From: Mytilus trossulus
Lineage: Eukaryota
Direction: 5' to 3'
Assembly: GCF_036588685.1 (NCBI RefSeq)
Contig: NW_026963295.1
Span: 3,844,001 to 3,908,000, forward strand
Length of the DNA: 64,000 nucleotides
Made by a program: the position numbers and the translations under genes
Part shown: piece by piece, positions 51,201 to 62,935 of the stretch
Numbering within the stretch: position 1 is the first letter of the stretch
How the letters are laid out: the number at the start of each line of letters is the position of its first letter
The notes under the pieces: generated by a model
The model's input: the letters and a program-made list of their open reading frames with translations, nothing else
What the model was told of the DNA's origin: nothing
The model's database searches: none

Positions 51201-52614
51201 CTGGGTAAAATTGGCAAAAGCGTACATCCAAACGTTGTGATCGGCTAATTATGTCAACATTCAACAAATGGCGTGACGTGAATTTATTTTTTGGATACAA
51301 ACTATGCTATTACCTATAATTATTTAGATCATGGAATGGCAAATTACACTGTGAGCTGTATCGTTACTTTTTATGATACCTTTGCAAAATTTTTCTAAAG
51401 CTGTGATGAAATATTCAATCATGTCGAAACAAGATGAACAAGAAACTAGCATAGTCTAAGCATTTTATATTATTTAGGCATGTCAATTGAATTGAATCAT
51501 CATCTTTGGTAGATTGAACCAATTACATGCTGCTGCTATCGGTCCAGCTCTGGATCAGGAAACGGCATGAAATGTGTTTAAAAACAGTTAGGCATGCGCA
51601 CAAACCTATAACATATCTTATCTAAGGAGATTATGTAAAAAACCAACGTAGATTTTTAGTTTCTTCTCAACCAAAGAAATAATAAGGCATATTATTTAGA
51701 AAGCAAACTAAAATACATTGCTTTAGTCTACATATAACATGTATAGCTTCATTATTTACACAAATAGTGTTACTCACTACAATTGTATATTTTGAAAACA
51801 TATTCTCATAGGTTTCACAACCAGTTAAAAGAGAATTCGGCTAAAATTGTAAGAAGAACTTACGCGTGTGTTGATTAAATTGCTGCATTGTCCACAAAAA
51901 GATAGTTATAACTGAAAAATTATAACACGTCTGTAGTGTTTGTTGAAATATATAATTTCAGTGATTTATTCTATTAATGGCATTGCAAAGAAGTGATTAA
52001 TAACGCAAAAAATACTGCTCGAATATTAAACATGTTATATATGGTTGTCTGTTTTGTAAAACTCATACTCTAGATATATTTCGATTTATTCAAAATATCT
52101 TATATTTTCTTTAAATCTATAACAGATATAGCAAGATGTGCGAATGAGAAAATTCTCCATCAAAATAACAATTAATACATTACATGTCAATGTACGGCAT
52201 TCAACACGGATTCTTGGCTCACATCTAACAACAAGCTATAAAGGGCTCTAAAATGATAAGGGTAAAACCATTCCAACAGGAGTGTTATATTAAAATATTA
52301 TAGACTTTTCGTTTTTATATACAGTTCCTGTAGTGACAGAAGATGCCACAACTATGAGTGTCACAACCGCTCCGCCGGTAGGTGGATGTTCTTGCAACAT
52401 AGCTGAAGTTCCGAATACAAGTCCTAGCATTCAGACATTTTCATCCTTCAAAGTAGAAGTAAAAACGACGAGCGCATACCGACGCAGCCTTGTTTCAGCA
52501 CCTGACGACCGGGTATCGTCTGCTGTCATTGGTTACATGGGTGTATTCATATTATGTCTTGTACTAGCAGTTCCTCTACTGTTCGATGTTTTGAACATTT
52601 TTAGTAAGGAATAA
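39221..52614 (+). CDS. Selectin-like type I membrane protein: signal peptide, C-type lectin domain, 4 CCP/sushi domains, Thr-rich stalk, TM, very short tail (~480-490 aa)
   Basis: Exons 39221-39275, 41694-41814, 43403-43635 (or -43665), 46258-46443, 47797-47982, 49197-49382, 50945-51130 and 52325-52614 splice in frame. CTLD motifs TWEDAKVSC, YWLG, FQWVDG, EPN; four 186-nt phase 1-1 exons with C..P...ITYTCD.GY...C...G.W......C. Confidence 0.9.
39454..40120. mobile_element. Hairpin plus asymmetric-IR element
   Basis: 23-bp arms 39454-39476 / 39528-39550; perfect 15-bp IR 39554-39568 / 40106-40120; internal gcgatacggg repeats. Confidence 0.7.
41250..41518. mobile_element. Hairpin plus asymmetric-IR element (inverted copy at 13534-13783)
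   Basis: 11-bp IR 41250-41260 / 41404-41414, then hairpin ~41420-41515. Confidence 0.7.
41694..41814 (+). CDS. C-type lectin domain exon 1 (ECLVIQETKMTWEDAKVSCEANGMELVTY...)
   Basis: ctctctcag acceptor, AG|gtaaca donor; hand-translated. Confidence 0.88.
43403..43635 (+). CDS. C-type lectin domain exon 2 (ERYWLG...FQWVDG...EPNC...LCQT)
   Basis: ttattag acceptor; donor either C|gtacgt (43635) or T|gtaagt (43665), both phase 1. Confidence 0.88.
45173..45823 (-). mobile_element. Retrozyme-like repeat on the - strand; one full unit with a mutated hammerhead (GCAA for GAAA) and a second core interrupted by an insertion
   Basis: Reverse complement of the 6.8-7.2 kb unit; gacgcgcgttgcgtctacataagactcatcag at 45213-45244. 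Confidence 0.88.
45586..45802 (-). mobile_element. 5'-truncated copy of the Penelope-like 3' UTR family, with a 15-bp TSD
   Basis: Homologous to 6360-6563 and ~30005-30218; flanked by GACGCGCGTTTTGTC and GACGCGCATTTCGTC. Confidence 0.8.
46258..46443 (+). CDS. CCP/sushi exon 1
   Basis: TTCTSPTFIINA...ITYTCDFGYELSNGQTSWTRECGVDGNWTTDSNVCV; hand-translated. Confidence 0.9.
47797..47982 (+). CDS. CCP/sushi exon 2
   Basis: ITCTSPPSIINA...ITYTCDFGYELPGGQTSWTRECGVDGNWTTDSYVCV. Confidence 0.9.
48319..48623. repeat. SINE-like family (gagaatggaaatg.ggaatgtgtcaaagagacaac)
   Basis: Copies at 19385-19740, reversed at 17530-17703 and 30570-30672. Confidence 0.78.
49197..49382 (+). CDS. CCP/sushi exon 3
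   Basis: ITCTSPPTIINA...ITYSCDFGYELPGGQTSWTRECGVDGNWTTDINVCV. Confidence 0.9.
50945..51130 (+). CDS. CCP/sushi exon 4 (divergent)
   Basis: KQCITPPAISNS...ITYTCDTGFYTSNGQTVWMRFCEWGGTWALDTNSCS; CAG|gtaata donor. Confidence 0.9.
52325..52614 (+). CDS. Terminal exon: stalk, CxC, juxtamembrane motif, TM helix
   Basis: atacag acceptor; ...SAPDDRVSSAVIGYMGVFILCLVLAVPLLFDVLNIFSKE*. Confidence 0.88.
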
Positions 52615-53319
52615 AGAGAGAGGACTCATTCATGTCATTGATACTATATGTTGCAGAAAATAATCCGAATCAATAACATTTCGCTGTATAAAAAATAATG
52701 TAAGGATCAGTTGAACCGTAATGCATTTAACGATTCAATTTCATCATGTTCATATCAATGTGCATATCTTACATTATTAACTTTTAACTGAATTTATCAA
52801 TAGCATATTCATTGTTTTACATGACATAAACATATACAATCAATTTTGAGTTAAAATAATTGAATAAGATCGTGACATTTTGATTTAGTTGATGTCTTTT
52901 TAACATAGTTTCCGTCAAACCAATGAACTTTCTACAACTAACTGTACTTTTATTTTGTGTTTCCTCGTGTTGATCACGTTACATTTCTGACACACGAAGA
53001 CGCTATCACCTGATTGTGAGTGATCGCTATGATCTTTATATTTTGAATTTTGTTTTGTTATTATGAAGATTTTCTAGACTAGATTCAGATTTAAAAGATG
53101 ATTACAACACATAATCGTTATTGTTCTGTTCATGAGTCAAAGCAGTGATTTTCAAATTTTCAAAACACAAGAATATGTTTAAATCACATCAACTTTTGAC
53201 ACAGATGGAAGACTCCACAATAAAAACAGGACGATGTCAGATGTACCCTTCAGGTGCACGTGAGATTTTTTATTTATGAGTTTGAATGTCACATTGGTAT
53301 CTTTTGCCCCTATTATCAA

Positions 53320-53550
53320 CTTCCCAACTATCAATTTCCCATTTCTAAACAGTATCATATCTTCTGCACAATCGTATGGTGTTTACATCTCTCACTTGAT
53401 ATGTTATTCTCGTGCATGTTATTACTATATAGTATGTAGGAGTATGTTCCTTATGCGGAAACTAGTCAAACAGAGTTATGAGTAGGACACATAAATAAAG
53501 TATAGACACCATCACGAATAGGTTATCTATACGATATGTCTGTGTCCAAG
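53320..53550 (+). mobile_element. Penelope-like RT thumb remnant
   Basis: INFPFLNSIISSAQSYGVYISHLICYSRAC resembles NFPFLxSNIPxxPAYGVYISQLIRYSRAC. Confidence 0.65.
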
Positions 53551-56072
53551 TCTTTGATTATGGTTTACCATCTTTGTCGCCTTTTTTTTAAAGTACCAAA
53601 CTGAAAGTAACCTCTTCCACAGATGACTATTTAGCTTGGTTTGAAATTGCATTTATATTAGACGTGTCTCGATCTTTATACGCCAAACATGAATGTATTT
53701 TGTTATTCTGTTTTATTTGTTGTGCTGACTGGATATTGTTTGAATCGAGGTGTATTTCTGCAGTTTAAATGTCAATTGTATTATTAAACTATTCGTTAAT
53801 AGACATAGGAAGATTTGGTATGAATACAATTGAGACAACTCTCCATCCAAATAACAATTTATAACAGTAAAACATTGAAGGTCAAGGTATGGCCTTTAAC
53901 ACGGATCTTTGGATTACACCGAACAGCAAGCTATAAAGGCCCAAAATTACTCAGACATGTTAAACTATTCAAACGGGAATACCTAGATATTGTATTTGCT
54001 TATGAGACACATATTTAAAAAAACAATTACATGCTGCTGTCATCGGTCAGCTCTGGATCAGGAAACGGCATGAAATGTGTTTAAAAACAATTAGGCATGC
54101 GCACAAACCTATAACATATGTTATCTTAGGATATTATGTAAAAAACCAACGTAGATTTTAAGTTTCTCCTCAACCAAAGAAATAATAAGGCAAATTAATT
54201 AGAAAGCAAACTAAAATACATTGCTTTATTGTACATATAACATGTATAGCTTCATTATTTACACAAATATTGTTACTCACTACAATTGTGTATTTTGAAA
54301 ACATATTCTCATAGGTTTCACAACTAGTTAAAAGATAATTCGGCTAAAATTGTAAAAAGAACTTACGCGTTTGTTTATTAAATTGCTGCATTGTCCACAA
54401 AATGATAGTTATAACTGAAAAATTATAACACGTCTGTAGTGTTTGTTGAAATATATCATTTCAGTGATTTATTCTATTAATGGCATTGCAAAGAATAAGA
54501 AACATCGGAAATTATATCTGGTGTTTTCAGCTGAAGAACATAGCTACTGATTTTAAATTCTGCTTACTTGTGTAGCTTTTATAACTTGGTCTGTGATAAC
54601 TCAAGACGGGTAATTCACTTGCTATTTCTTTGAATAACTCATTCAAATAACTGGACAAATAATCACGTCTCTTTGCTGCAGCATTTATCACACTTTTCTT
54701 CCCGATTCTGTTTGTGTTTTTAAAATTTCTCTTCAACAGAATCGCAGATAAAACATTTGTATAAAAACAACCACTCTTCTTCTTTTTTTTGGCATCTGGC
54801 GGGACCATGTTTACCGAATTGTCAATTTGATTGAATAAAACACACATGGAAGCCAAACAAACCCTACAGTGATATTCATTTTCCCAGTTTAATTCAACAA
54901 AAACAAATAAACAACAACACCAAACATAAATTAATCACAAGGCTTCGGAAATCATAAAATAATCAAGAAATATGCCTGTAAATGACTACGAATGACCTTC
55001 GTTAAATCGCTGAATATGGGACCATACCTAGAAACCAAAGCAATGTCTGAACATCTGTGACAAATATTCGGACTTGAAATATGGATAAAAAGCAGATATT
55101 AAGCCAAATATCTATAATATTAGGATTTAATTTCAAAAAGTGAATCGGGTCGATTGAAGTATTATCAGGCGGTTTTATTGTTGTTCCTTTAAAATAAACA
55201 TATACTGTACGTTCAAATAATGCTTATGGAAAATCAATGTTATTTTCAACTGTTTGCAGGTTCAGTGTGCTTTAACTGTAGAACTATTTAGATGCCCTTA
55301 TATTGTATGAAGTTCAAGAAGAACTGTTTTTGCCAATTTCGTTCTCAAATTAATATTTAGAATGGCTTTGTTACGAAATTTGACTACCGGGTCAATAGTG
55401 GGGTATTCGATGCAATTATGGTAACGTCAGTTAAGGCTTATTTTAAAGTCATTTGTACCACATTTGATATTTACGACAAACGTTTTTCGAAAGTTAAATA
55501 ATCGATAGACAATTTAGGACCTTAAAATTCCATGAGGTATTTAGGTAATTTAAAATCGTTATCTTAGCGACTTTTTCAATTTTCGCCGCTCCACTAAGTG
55601 GGAAACTAATGATATAAAATAAAATGTAATCAATATAAGAAACCTATCGCTTTTGCACTGTCGTGCTACGTATAACAATAGTAAATTATTATTTTTTGAT
55701 GGGTTTCGTTTTGTTGTTGTACCCTTCCTTAATTGTGAAATTTTGCTCACACATGTACATCGTTGTCAATATAATGTAATTTGATGCGACTGTCGTGCAA
55801 GTGAGAGGTTGAGCGCTATGAACATGAAGGAACCAGGCTCAATCCACCATTGTATTCATTCGAAAATGCCTGTCAGGAATATGACAGTTTATGCCCATTC
55901 TGTTTATTTGTTGTGTCATTTGATTAGAGACACTCCGTTTCGAATTTTACTCTGAGTTCAGTATTTTTGTGATTTTACTTTTTGTATTGATATCTTGTAA
56001 TTTTAGAGATAATCATAAATACGTCTTCGGAGTATAAGTCGGTAATATATTTTTAAAGCTATCCATAAATAA

Positions 56073-56620
56073 GGATTAACAGTACTTTAGTTGAAGAGTT
56101 GCGACCGTCAATTGTGGATTTGACGGTCGCAAATGCAGTTTTACTGGCGACGCGTAGCGGAGACAGTAAAACGGAGATTTGCGACCGTCAAATCAAAATT
56201 GACGGTGGCAACTCTTCAACTACAGTACTGTTATTCCGATTCTAATGCATTACAAAAAGAAAACAAATCGATAAAACTTGAAAAAATGTCTAAATTTGAC
56301 AATAAAAAAAAATCCGCGAAACTTCATGAATGATTTTGGCACAAAGACGTCATGGCAAAACGTGACGTCATACAAATGAAAACTTTCAAACTGGAGGTTA
56401 TGACGTTACTTGTACGCTTCGAATTCGGATAAAATTACATTAAAACGGCGAATTCGAGGTAGATGTTGTTTTATATTCGATTGTATAGTAGTAATCGAAC
56501 ATTTTTTTATTCATCAATTCAAAATGGCGGGTCCCTCCTTAGTGATGCATGGTCAACTGTGGATTTGACGGCAACTTTTAGCCAATGAAAAAAGTTGTTA
56601 CATCCAAATTGCATTAGAAT
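56073..56620. mobile_element. Hairpin plus asymmetric-IR element
   Basis: Hairpin 56073-56237 with GCGTAGC apex; 11-bp IR 56239-56249 / 56610-56620. Confidence 0.7.
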
Positions 56621-57633
56621 GACCTATTACTTTCATCTGGTAAACCTTTCGATAAATTTCCCTTTTCTTGTGAAAGAGGCCTAGCCAGCTAACCTCAAAA
56701 CATTTTGACAGTCTCCTTACATTGATTCACTAATAGTCTTTGTGCATCAGGAGTTAAAACATTTATTCTGAAATAGTTGCTTGCATCATACGGGTTATAT
56801 TCGTTTCATTTTATGTTTTATAATGGCATGATACTAAACCCCTTCCGGAAGGGATTGTTCTTGGTATACACATGATAAAGACATAAAATTTCAATCAGTT
56901 TTATCGAGGTCTGCTTGTTCTGAACATTTTGGTTCTTCACAATGTAAGCCAAATCAACAAAAGTCTGTATGCATTTCCTTGATTGTTACTTGTTATTTGT
57001 GTCACCGTCATTTTATTGTGAAAACATTTTATTCCCAGTATTTCCTTTACTGATGATGTTTGTCTAGCCAATACAATGTACTCTATCAATGTTGAAAAGA
57101 CTCTTTCCAGGAATGCAACCAACAGCGCCTTCTCGTTATCCAATTTTAACATTTACATCTGAATTTTGTTAAACGTCAACTAGACAGCATGCGAATAAAA
57201 CCAAAATATAACTTATAGTGTACTTGAGTGTGGTTTCGGAATTATTGTCAAACATTCAGACTCCTATGTTTTTCTTACGATGCAGTGTAATTTTCCCCTC
57301 ATTACACAGGTTTATTTTTATTTTGACTTCAATTACTCATAATACAACATTTACCCACATCGAATCATATTAAAGACTGCTTTTTCTTTAGATTTGAGAC
57401 TCAAATCATATAGAATAGAATATCTTTTATTTCCATAAGAGGTACCCACAAGGGGCATAGTGCATATACATTCATGACAATATATAGTTACAAACAATTA
57501 CAAATACAATAAAGCAAAACAACAAAACAGTATGCTTTAAAAAGTTAGACATTTTAAATATATGATATAAATGTTTACTCAAGGCAGGTGTTTTGATAAG
57601 AAATAGCCAAGTTGTTTTGAAATATTAATAGAC

Positions 57634-59175
57634 TCACAGTTTAAAAAGCCAAATAAATTTATTGACCATATCCAAGGAGTAAAAATTTTTACATTCTTTA
57701 AATATCAGATCAAATAACATATCTCTATCCTTAGAGTATACAGGGCATTCTATAAGAAAATGAAGTTCATCTTCCACTTTATTTAAATCGCATTTATCAC
57801 AAATTCTTTGATGAACTTCTAATTTGGAATATCTCCCAGTTTCAATTTTAAGTCTATGAGATGAAATACTGAATTTTGTGATAGCTTTTCTCAAATCAAA
57901 ATTTTTCAAGATATTTAAATAATTTTCTTTACAAAATGATGTTTTAAACTGACAATATGTTCTTAGTTTTCCTTGGCTATTTTGGCTATAAGCATTTTCC
58001 CAAGATTTAACATAGGATACTTTTAAACAATTAAGTAAACATTTTCTGAATTTGTATTTACTAAAATTAATGAAGTTACTAGGCAGGTCAATAATTTTAC
58101 ATAAGTGTCTGACACTGCTATACCAACTATTGTGATTTTTATCATCTAAATCTTTGCAGGTTTGTAAGGCTTTATATAATAAAGAGTCCTCAGGCATATT
58201 TTCAATTCTAAAATAATAATTCAGTAAATTTTTCATAATACTAATATAAATAGGAAATCTACCTAGTTCAGAGAGTACAGCAAAATTGCTGCTCTTTCTG
58301 TTTACACCCAAAATAAATTTTGTTATTTTCATGTGTAATTTATCTGGTTCAAGATCTGAATAAATTTTATCTAAGACTATATCATTTCTAAATTTACTAC
58401 TCTTTGGGTTAAATGTACCCCAAATTTCAGAGGAATATAAAGAAATAAGTTTGATCATGTGATCAAATAGATGTAGACTGGTAGTAATTTTTGGATGTGA
58501 ACGAATAACATCTTTGCATAATTTATAATAGCCTTTTAGACTCTTTTTGTACAATTCCTGTCTTGCATGAGAGAAGACTCCTGAAGCCGAAAATATAAGG
58601 CCTAAATACTTGTAGTGCTGTACACATTCCAGTTCAACTTGCTGAAGAGTAAATTTTTCATTGATAAGTCTACCTTGCTTATTAAATACTAAAATTTTTG
58701 TTTTATTGGTGTTTATGTTTAAGCACCAGTCAGAGCAAAACTTATCAACATTTTTCAACTTAGATTGAAGACCATATGATGTGGTAGAGAGCAAAACAAT
58801 ATCATCAGCATACATTAAACAATTAATATTAGTATCACCCAAAATCAGATCATCATCAAAATTATCAATATATGATGGAAAGTCATTTATAAAAAATTTG
58901 AAAAGATTAGGGCTTAGGTTATCACCTTGTCGAACCCTTAATTTAACTCTAAAAGAGTCAGTTAAATTTTTCCCAGCTTTGACACAAGTTGAGCTAACAT
59001 TGTACATGTTCTTTATAATGTTGTAAAAATTTCCTCCTAATCCCATCTGTAATAGTTTATATTTAATACCACTATGTATGACTGAATCAAACGCCTTTTT
59101 AAAATCTATAAAACAGGCATACAATTTTTTACCTGTGGAAAGTACCGAGTCAATTAGATTTTTAAGCAAAAACAT
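57634..59175 (-). pseudogene. LINE reverse transcriptase ORF fragment (513 aa)
   Basis: ORF track; YADD catalytic motif. Confidence 0.9.
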
Positions 59176-59566
59176 ATGATCAGATGTTCTGGACTTTTTA
59201 ACAAAGCCAATTTGAAACTCAGTAATTAGACTGTTTTGTAATAAATATTTGTCAAGTCTATCATTTAAGATTGTATTAAAAAGTTTACCAATTGCACAAT
59301 CGTCATGTAATTGAGATGCCTCTGTAGTTTTAGGGATCAGTTAGGTCCCCTGACTTAAAAAGGGGTAAAGTGTATCCTTCAGCCCAGCATTCAGGATATT
59401 TTCCTGTATTAAGACATAAATTAAATAATTTTCTATAACATGGAACTAAACTATTGGCACTTGCCTTTAGCATTTCATTAGTTATAAAATCTAAGCCACA
59501 AGCTTTATTGTTTTTCAGCTGTGATATAGCTTTAAGTATTTCAGTATCAGTTATTGCAAAATCAAG

Positions 59567-59800
59567 TTTCTGTTTACAAAACTGAATTTTTCGAAAAACT
59601 AAGGATTTTCTTACCCCAGGAGTAGATTACCTTAGCCGTATTTGGCACAACTTTTTGGAATTTTGGATACTCAATGCTCTTCAACTTTGTATTTATTTGG
59701 CTTTTTAACTATTTTGATCTGAGCGTCACTGATGAGTCTTATATAGACGAAACGCGCGTCTGGCGTATAAAATTATAATCCTGGTACTTTTGATAACTAT
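59567..59800 (+). mobile_element. Partial retrozyme-like repeat inserted in LINE ORF2
   Basis: Near-identical to ~6947-7182. Confidence 0.9.
59723..59766 (+). ncRNA. Type I hammerhead ribozyme
   Basis: CUGAUGA-GUCU(UAUAU)AGAC-GAAAC-GCGC-GUC^UGGCGU; only a loop II change; predicted cleavage after 59760. Confidence 0.92.
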
Positions 59801-60574
59801 TAGAAGAAGTCGAGTGTTTCTCAATGCTTTCGACTAATTTTTCTATATATTCATTACGCTTTTTGAATCTATTATCTAAAGAATTAAGTGACTTAAAATG
59901 ATCTAACCAAATATCAGCAGCAATTTTTTCTGAGGGATCACAACTATCTGATTCCTTGAGTTTTCTAACTAAATCCCAGTAGACCTGAGGATTATTACAC
60001 TCTAGATTATCTAACTGATTTAAAATGTCTTCTCGAAATTTTCTTTTTTTATACTTTCTACTTTTATTATATTGTCTCAACAATTTATAGAATCTACCAT
60101 GAATGTAAGGGTCATTTGGATATTTAGAATATAATTCAGAATAAGATACAACATTCTTTCTCATTTTTATAAGGTCTATATCAAAAAACTTTTTATTTGT
60201 GTATATTTTTCTTGAAGATTTTTTCGGTGGAGAAGGACGCCTCAAACATTTTTTAGAGGCTGTTAATAAAATTTCATTAAGTTTCACAGCCATATATATG
60301 CAAATATAAGGTATAATTCAGAGTCTGACTTTTTTTTGTCATTTAAAACAAAATATCAATATTTTTAGCATGATTTGACCCTTACTAAATAAATTTGGTG
60401 TTTTTACTGTCTTCTAATTGGTTAAAATTATTAGTTTTTTTTCAATGTTGTCAATTTTGATGGCGACACGCCCACTCTGACGTTGAGTATTCATACGCCA
60501 ACATGTGTGTACGTTGTTATTGTTAATACAAACAATATAAAAAGTTCTTTGAGCCTTATTTTTGATAGAAATTT

Positions 60575-60743
60575 ATTTATAATGAATGGCAATAATATAT
60601 TTTGATTTCATTGCACCGTAAATCTAATTTTTGACTCTTCACATTTTACACAATCCGCTTCGCAGATTATTTAATGTGAAGAGTCAAAAATTAGTTTTAT
60701 GGTTCAATACATTCAAAATAGATAATAGCCATTCATTATAAAT
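60575..60743. repeat. Long hairpin with GCTTCGC (GCGAAGC) apex
   Basis: tttataatgaatggc...gccattcattataaa arms; aatttttgactcttcacatt / aatgtgaagagtcaaaaatt. Confidence 0.8.
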
Positions 60744-60982
60744 AAATCATCCGACTTAAAGTATCAATTTTAATTGATGGATTTATTTACTTTCAACTAG
60801 CTCATTCTTAAGTTTACGTAAATATATTATACCACAAATAACCATGAAAATATTTGATGTGAAATTATGCCAAAATATTAAAATAACTAAAACAACAAAA
60901 ACACCCGGAAACTCGTCCTTTTAGTAGTTGATTATAATAATTGCTATATTATTCGGGAGGAATAACCGATTTATATTCAAAT

Positions 60983-61286
60983 AATTCAATTTCGAATGTA
61001 ACGCGCCTTCTCATTAGCTGACGTTATTTTTTTATCAGCCCATAGACATAATTTAGTCATGTGACCGTGACGTCATCAACGTTTTTTCGTGGTTTTCTAC
61101 CGTTTAAAATTGAATTTAGAATTAAATTATAAGAATTGGCTTTAATATTCTTTCTGTCTATTCGAAATAACATTTAAAATGAGGTGCACACTGTTAAACA
61201 ACCCGCTATGCGCGTTATTCAGTGTGCATCAAATTGTTTATGTTATTTCTTCATAGACAGAAAAAAATATTATAGCCATTTCTTAA
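60983..61286. mobile_element. Hairpin plus asymmetric-IR element (degenerate copy at ~36200-36470)
   Basis: 10-bp IR 60983-60992 / 61107-61116; hairpin ~61129-61286. Confidence 0.65.
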
Positions 61287-62711
61287 ATAAATCAATTATA
61301 AATACAAAGCAAGGTTTCATCCAAAACTCTGGGAATCAAATAAACAGCTTTTAAAAGATATATCGGGTGTGTCGACAGGGTTATATGCCCTTCCACTTTG
61401 GATGTATCACTCTCCCAAGCTGACAAATAAACAGTCACAAAAGGGACAACTTGTTAAACCCACAGTTACAATTGTTCTGGTATATGAAGTTCTAATGTTG
61501 AAGAAACGTGTCGCATTTGAGTTTAGACATATAAATATTATATCATTCTACCAATTTGTGATGATGTCCAAGAAATCAATGGTATGTCGATTGAAGTCGT
61601 CCTTGCTCAAAACTCGGCTTGAACAGTCTTTTTTGGTGGAAGCACAACATATCAAATGGTGTATGACTTGTATGAACATACAAGTGTGTAGTGCATCAAC
61701 TGAGCTGAGACATATTGTGTACAATATATGTACTACAGATACCACTGTATATGTTCCATTTGTCGAAACCCTAAAACATTTTTTCTCGAATATGACCTAC
61801 CAAATCAATATTACAAGGTTTGTATTCACTTGAGTAACACAATTACAGGTGGCACAAGTAAAGCAGATTCTCACTAGTACCCTTCAGGATCATTTAAGAT
61901 CACCACTTGTTTTTGGTGCGGTGTGGTTCCTCAGTTTTTAATTTTCTATTTAGTGTTATGTTTATTGTTGTTTATCTTTTGGTAGTTTCTTTGTATTTTT
62001 AAAACTTGTCATATTTGTCGACAATCCTTAAGTAAGAAAGAATGTCTTAATAAGAAGCTAGATATTCTTAACACGAATTAGCATAAATGTAAATTATAAA
62101 TTTCTGTGTCATTTTGGTCTCTTTTGTGGCTCATTGGCAATCATACGACATCTTCTTTTTCTATATATAGAAAACTAAACAATAGACTGTTCAGCATGTT
62201 AAGATATAATGTGACACGATATCTATTATAATGGGCTTCCAAAGTAGAAACGAAACAATAGGGCCATGACACAAAATATATAAATTCATATCATTACAAT
62301 TAAATCGTCCTTTTATTATAAAAAAAAATCATAAAAAAAGAGGATTTGAATGAAATTTCAACAAAATAACAGAATGAAAGAGAATAGAGGTTAATATATT
62401 TCGATACACCTTTTAGATTCTTCATGACATATGTCATAATACACCTTCTACTTTACTTTTATATCTGTATAAATATTGTAGTAGTTATTTCTGCGTACAC
62501 AATGACGTTACATAAATTAGGCCGTCATTTTTTTCTTTTGGATTGTTCTCCATTGTCATTTCAGGGCCTATTATAGCTGACTATGCGGTATCCGGCTTTA
62601 GTCATTGTTGATGTCCGTTTGGTGACCTATAATTGCTTATTTCTGTGTAATTTTAGTCACTTTTGGAGAGTTGTCTCATCGGCAATCATACCGCATCTCC
62701 TTTTTTATAGT

Positions 62712-62935
62712 TATTACGAATTAGTTGATTGTTATGTTATATCTGTATCACAGATTACCACGGATATGTTTGAATTGTAGTTACCACAATGCAATACTCT
62801 TTTCCTGAATCGGACACCGAAGTAAATGCGTATCACCCAACTGTACTTACATGAGTAGTACGCTGGATGTCATACTTGGAGCAATACTGTTTTACACAGT
62901 CGGAGAACCTGATTTCCCCCTGTTTTTTGGTGGTA
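62712..62935 (+). mobile_element. Penelope-like RT C-terminus plus degenerate 3' UTR
   Basis: YELVDCYVISVSQITTDMF, similar to the 6.7 kb copy. Confidence 0.55.

Larger units (their letters stand above)
51521..54495 (+). repeat. ~470-bp direct repeat pair (51521-51992 and 54025-54495) flanking the TM exon
   Basis: Near-identical by eye. Confidence 0.9.
57408..60293 (-). mobile_element. 5'-truncated, inactivated LINE (RTE-X/CR1-like) ORF2
   Basis: RT motifs FIDFKKAFDSV, VRQGDNLSP, LMYADD, YKYLG; C-terminal SHRLKIETGRY...RICDKC...EDELHFLIECP; stop and frameshift near 59300-59335; 3' end with AATAAA and (ATTCT)n tail at ~57410-57430. Confidence 0.92.

Noticed and set aside
1609-52614. Chitin synthase, pore-former and lectin receptor as a functional gene cluster
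   Set aside because: Adjacency in an animal genome is weak evidence; no shared regulatory signal is visible, and synteny or co-expression cannot be tested here.
61369-61833. 154-aa ORF
   Set aside because: GTG start, no recognisable domain, no clear exon structure.
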